From contig JALUTY010000085.1 of the NCBI GenBank assembly GCA_027021615.1, positions 1 through 29,541 of the forward strand: 29,541 nucleotides of DNA, written 5' to 3'. Below, piece by piece: positions 26,006 through 29,541 of this stretch. Source of the DNA: a bacterium (GTDB taxonomy: Bacteria > Desulfobacterota > Deferrisomatia > Deferrisomatales > Deferrisomataceae). Numbering within the stretch: position 1 is the stretch's first letter; every line of letters begins with the position of its first letter. The notes below the pieces were generated by a model that was not told where the DNA came from, did not search any database, and saw nothing but the letters and a program-made list of their open reading frames with translations. The position numbers and the translations under genes are program-made.

Positions 26006-26017
26006 GGGGATCTCCCT

Positions 26018-26140
26018 TTCATGTAACTTCCGCTAGAAGGCTGGAATGCCAGGAGGCTAGAAGGCTTGGAATCCTGCCGGATTCCCATGCGTTCTAGGAA
26101 TCACCACGCCTCTTTGTCTCCACCTCACGGTCCGGAAAGC
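26018..26140 (-). repeat. Duplicated leader/spacer upstream of UbiD-2
   Basis: TTTCATGTAACTTCCGCTAG...CGGATTCCC..GC.TTCTAGG.ATCACCA.GCCTC...CCACCTCAC.GTCCGG shared with 26770-26890. Confidence 0.75.
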
Positions 26141-26217
26141 ATGGTCTAGTTTCTAGTCTCTAGACGGCCCCGCAGGGGCCTGATGGAGCTTTCGTCGTGG
26201 AGCCGGGCTCTGTGGCC

Positions 26218-26760
26218 TCAGCCCCAGCCCATGTTCGCGATCTTCTCCACCAGGGCGCCCCATCGGCCCTGGGCCCTGAGGATGAACTCGGCCAGCTCCC
26301 GCAGCATGCCCTCGCCGCCGGCCCTGCGGGTGATGAGATGGGCCGCGTCCCGGACCTCGGGGACCCCGTTGGCCGGGCACACCGCGAATCCCACCCGGCG
26401 CATGGCGCCCAGGTCGATGATCTCGTCGCCCACGTAGCACACCTCGTCGGGGCCGATGCCGATCTCGGCCATGATCTCCTCCATCTTGGCCCACTTCTCC
26501 TTGGCCGCGTACACCCGCTTGATGCCCACCTCCTGGGCCCGGGCGAACACGATTTTGGACTTGCGGGTGAGCAGCGCCACCTCGATGCCCGACATCATCA
26601 GCACGTTGGCCCCGAACCCGTCGTCGTGGTGGAACACCTGGAACTTCACGCCGTCCTCGTTGAACAGGACCATGCCGTTCGTGAGCACGCCGTGGACGTC
26701 CAGGACCACCAACTTCACGCGCTTGGCCCGCTCGATCGCATCCATCATGTCGTAGGCCAT
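26218..26760 (-). CDS. HAD-superfamily KdsC-like protein / phenylphosphate carboxylase delta-like subunit
   Basis: KLVVLDVHGVLTNGMVLFNEDGVKFQVFHHDDGFG, ALLTRKSKIV, AAKEKWAKM, CYVGDEIIDLGAMRRVGFAVCPANGVPEV. Confidence 0.85.
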   Translation of the reverse strand: MAYDMMDAIERAKRVKLVVLDVHGVLTNGMVLFNEDGVKFQVFHHDDGFGANVLMMSGIEVALLTRKSKIVFARAQEVGIKRVYAAKEKWAKMEEIMAEIGIGPDEVCYVGDEIIDLGAMRRVGFAVCPANGVPEVRDAAHLITRRAGGEGMLRELAEFILRAQGRWGALVEKIANMGWG

Positions 26761-26769
26761 GGAATGCCT

Positions 26770-26890
26770 CCTTTCATGTAACTTCCGCTAGGACGCTGGG
26801 AGGCTGGGACGTTAGGAGGTTTGAAAACCTCCCGGATTCCCGCGCCTTCTAGGCATCACCATGCCTCCTCGCCTCCACCTCACAGTCCGG
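26770..26890 (-). repeat. Duplicated leader/spacer upstream of the HAD gene
   Basis: Shares its ends and internal blocks with 26018-26140. Confidence 0.75.
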
Positions 26891-26891
26891 G

Positions 26892-27080
26892 GGCATGGGG
26901 ATCAGGAGTCAGAGGACAGACGTCAGTGGACAGGGCGTGGTCCCACGACGCCGCTTTGGCCCCAGTGTCTTTGCCCCTCTTCTGGCTCCTGTCCCCTGAA
27001 ACCCATGCCCCGCCGCCGATGGCCCCAGGACCACCAAGCGTTACCTTTCCTCGTACCGGGCCTCGCAGGGGGACTGGAGG
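26892..27080 (+). repeat. Intergenic repeat family E, copy 3
   Basis: Matches the reverse complement of 1259-1450 over most of its length. Confidence 0.75.
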
Positions 27081-27099
27081 GGCTTTTCAGTAAGCTCTC

Positions 27100-28515
27100 T
27101 CAGCCGTCCAGCCCCAGCTCCTTCCAGCGTTTCTTGATCCGCTCCACCACCTCGGGCACCAGGGCCACCTCCACCGGCTTCTGCTCCCACTCGAACGGAA
27201 CGGTGGCGTCCAGCAGGATGCGGGAGGTGATGAGCTTGTTGGAGTCGGGGTCCAGGGCGGGGTCCAGGGGCGTGGAGCGGCCGCGCTGGATGATCTGGGT
27301 GTCCCGGGCCGGATCGAACCGGGTGGCCAAGGCCCACCAGACCCGGGGCAGGTCGTCGGCGCGCACGTCGTGGTCCACCACGATCACCCCCTTGGTGCCG
27401 TAGGTGCAGGTGTTGCTGGCCACCACCGCGGCCGCCACCTGGTTGGCGTGGCCGGGGTACATCTGGCGCACGCTCACGATGGCCCAGAACCGGCCGCAGG
27501 CCTCCGGCGGCAGGTACACCGACTCGATGCCGGGGATCCGCATCTTCTCCAGCTCGGTCCACAGCGTGGCCCCGCGCACGAACGCGAGCATCCAGTGGTT
27601 GTCGGTGACCGGGCGGCCCACGGACGTGGCCCACAGGATCGGCTTGTTCCGGTGGTACACGCGTTCGACCACCATGGAGGGTTTGGGAATGGGGTGGAAC
27701 AGCTCGTCGGTGTAGTACCCGGTGTACTCGCCGAACGGTCCCTCGGGCCGCAGATCGTCGGGGTCGATCCAGCCCTCGAGCACGATCTCCGCGTCGGCCG
27801 GGATCGGAAGGCCGGTGACCTTGCCCTGGGTGACCGTGACCGGCTCGCCCCGGAGCGACCCCACCACGTCGTACTCGCTGGCCTTGGCCACCATGGCGCT
27901 TCCCGCGAGCATGAGGAGGGGATCGCACCCGATCACCACGCAGGCGGGCATCTTCTGCCCGGCCTTCTTGTACTTCTTCAGGATGCGGTCGCCCCGCTTG
28001 CCCTTGAGGATCTGGACCCCGATGCGGTTCTTCTCCTGGGCCTGCATCCGGTAGGTGCCCAGGTTGATCTCACCGGTCTCGGGGTCGCGGGTCACCAGGA
28101 ACACGGCCGTGCCGATGTAGCGGCCGCCGTCCTTCTCGAAGAACCGGGGGGAGGGGAACCGGAAGATGTCCACGTGGTCGTCGCTGTACTCGTTTTCAAA
28201 CACCGGTCCCGACTCCACCTCCTGAGCCGGGATGATCTTGTCCACCGCGAGCTTCATCCACTCGCGGGTGAGCTCGCACAGGCTCAGATGGGTGGGTTTG
28301 CCCAGGGCCAGGGCCAGCCGCTGGGTGGTGGCGAACGCACCCGTGAACACGGGGCTGTCGTAATCCTTGACGTTCTCGAACAGGAGGGCCGGCCCCTCCT
28401 GTTCCTCCACGAGCTTGGCCACGTGGCTGAGCTCCAGGTCCCAGTCCACCTCGGCGCCGATCCGCTTGAGCTGCCCCTCTTCCTCGCAGCGGGCGATGAA
28501 GTCCCTGAGGTCCAT
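27100..28515 (-). CDS. UbiD-family (de)carboxylase paralogue 3 (PpcA/PpcB-like)
   Basis: MDLRDFIARCEEEGQLKRIGAEVDWDLELSHVAKLV, EINLGTYRMQAQ, ADAEIVLEGWIDPDDLRPEGPFGEYTGYYTDE; RBS AAGGAGGG. Confidence 0.93.
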   Translation of the reverse strand: MDLRDFIARCEEEGQLKRIGAEVDWDLELSHVAKLVEEQEGPALLFENVKDYDSPVFTGAFATTQRLALALGKPTHLSLCELTREWMKLAVDKIIPAQEVESGPVFENEYSDDHVDIFRFPSPRFFEKDGGRYIGTAVFLVTRDPETGEINLGTYRMQAQEKNRIGVQILKGKRGDRILKKYKKAGQKMPACVVIGCDPLLMLAGSAMVAKASEYDVVGSLRGEPVTVTQGKVTGLPIPADAEIVLEGWIDPDDLRPEGPFGEYTGYYTDELFHPIPKPSMVVERVYHRNKPILWATSVGRPVTDNHWMLAFVRGATLWTELEKMRIPGIESVYLPPEACGRFWAIVSVRQMYPGHANQVAAAVVASNTCTYGTKGVIVVDHDVRADDLPRVWWALATRFDPARDTQIIQRGRSTPLDPALDPDSNKLITSRILLDATVPFEWEQKPVEVALVPEVVERIKKRWKELGLDG

Positions 28516-28659
28516 GTCTCCCTCCTTCGCAAAAAATCGTTTGATGAGTTGCGACTCTAGCGCCCGGTGGAGGCGGGGTCCAATCATATGTTTTGCGTTG
28601 ATGTATAAGGTGGGGTTATGCTCTTGGTCGCAGGTCGTCACCCGCCACCCGTTACTGCC
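28516..28659. promoter_or_regulatory. Divergent promoter/operator region between UbiD-3 and LysR genes
   Basis: 144-bp AT-enriched divergent spacer containing ATCATATGTTTTGCGTTGATGTAT; possible LysR-type T-N11-A site. Confidence 0.45.
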
Positions 28660-29541
28660 ATGCTCAACTTCAACCAGCTACGAACGTTCTACGAGGTCGC
28701 ACGGAGCGGAAGCTTTACCCGGGCGGCAGAGACCCTGTGCGTCACCCAGCCGGCCGTGTCGGGGCAGATTCGGGCCCTGGAAGAGGCCCTGGGGCTTCGG
28801 CTGTTCCGGCGTCGGGGGCGGAGCATGGTGCTGACCGAGGCGGGGACGCTGGTGTTCCGGCAGGCCGAGCGGGTGTTCGCCCTGGAGAGGGAGATCGAGG
28901 GGCTGGTGGAGGAGCTCCGGAACGTACGCCAGGGGCTGCTCAAGGTGGGCACCACCAAGACGTACGCCCGGTACGTGATGCCCGACATCCTGGGCCGATT
29001 CCACGCCGCATACCCCGGGATCCGGATCGTGCTGGACGAGGGGGCGTCCGCGGCGGTGGTCCGGTCGGTCCTCGAAGGCGGCAGCGAGATGGCCGTGGTG
29101 GGCCTGGCGGAACCGGTCCGGGGGCTGCGGTGCGTTCCGTTCCGGCGGGAGGAGGTGGTGCTGTTCGCCGCCCCGGGCCACCCCCTGGCGGGCCGGGGCG
29201 GGGTGGGGTTTTCGGAGCTGGCGGGGGAGCTGATGGTCCTCAAGGAGGAGGGCTCGACCACCCGCACCCTGGTGCGCGATGCCTGTCGGCGGCACGGTGT
29301 CTCGCCCAAGGTGCTGGTGGAGACCAGCAACCTGGAGTTCATCAAAGACGTGGTGGCCCGGGGGGAGGGGATCTCGTTCTTGGTTCGGTGCGCGGTGGAG
29401 GAGGAGCTGAGGGCGGGGAAGGTGGTGGAGATCCCGCTCCGGGACGAGCGCCTATGGCTGGACGTGTTCATCGTGTGCCCGGAGCCGGACGTGCTCTCCC
29501 CGGCCGCGCGGGCGTTCCTGGAGATCCTGGAGAAAAGCTAG
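28660..29541 (+). CDS. LysR-family transcriptional regulator
   Basis: MLNFNQLRTFYEVARSGSFTRAAETLCVTQPAVSGQIRALEEALGLRLFRRRGR plus substrate-binding domain; complete to TAG at 29539-29541. Confidence 0.95.
   Translation: MLNFNQLRTFYEVARSGSFTRAAETLCVTQPAVSGQIRALEEALGLRLFRRRGRSMVLTEAGTLVFRQAERVFALEREIEGLVEELRNVRQGLLKVGTTKTYARYVMPDILGRFHAAYPGIRIVLDEGASAAVVRSVLEGGSEMAVVGLAEPVRGLRCVPFRREEVVLFAAPGHPLAGRGGVGFSELAGELMVLKEEGSTTRTLVRDACRRHGVSPKVLVETSNLEFIKDVVARGEGISFLVRCAVEEELRAGKVVEIPLRDERLWLDVFIVCPEPDVLSPAARAFLEILEKS

Noticed and set aside
26218-26760. Annotation as KdsC (KDO-8-phosphate phosphatase) of LPS biosynthesis
   Set aside because: Lies inside a UbiD/UbiX operon and has a DVHG instead of DVDG motif; a carboxylase-associated role is more likely.

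Overview
GC-rich window with a coherent anaerobe-type gene set, probably Deltaproteobacteria/Deferrisoma-like (inference only). The left part holds housekeeping and stress genes: a rodZ C-terminus, purine nucleoside phosphorylase, a PP-loop ATPase, recG, wecB, a cold shock gene, a SagB-type nitroreductase, TlpA/FmdB/thioredoxin, an ECF sigma with anti-sigma, and an anaerobic RNR operon nrdD-redoxin-nrdG behind two candidate NrdR boxes 30 bp apart. The middle holds an NtrC-type regulator, a MetA_deg-like outer-membrane protein, a beta-RFAP-synthase-like GHMP protein and a divergent PAS histidine kinase containing an in-frame G11 tract. The right part (about 19.2-29.5 kb) looks like an aromatic (de)carboxylation island: three divergent UbiD-family paralogues, UbiX, a small gamma-like subunit, a KdsC/PpcD-like HAD protein with an altered DxD motif (DVH), a PaaK-like AMP ligase, two uncharacterised coupled ORFs and a divergent LysR regulator. 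It resembles a phenylphosphate-carboxylase locus, but no phenylphosphate synthase genes are in the window. Several non-coding repeat families are interspersed: a 284-bp element with perfect 18-bp terminal inverted repeats, a pair of 274-bp elements, related hairpin elements, a roughly 190-bp element seen three times, and degenerate microrepeats. No CRISPR array, rRNA or tRNA was recognised.
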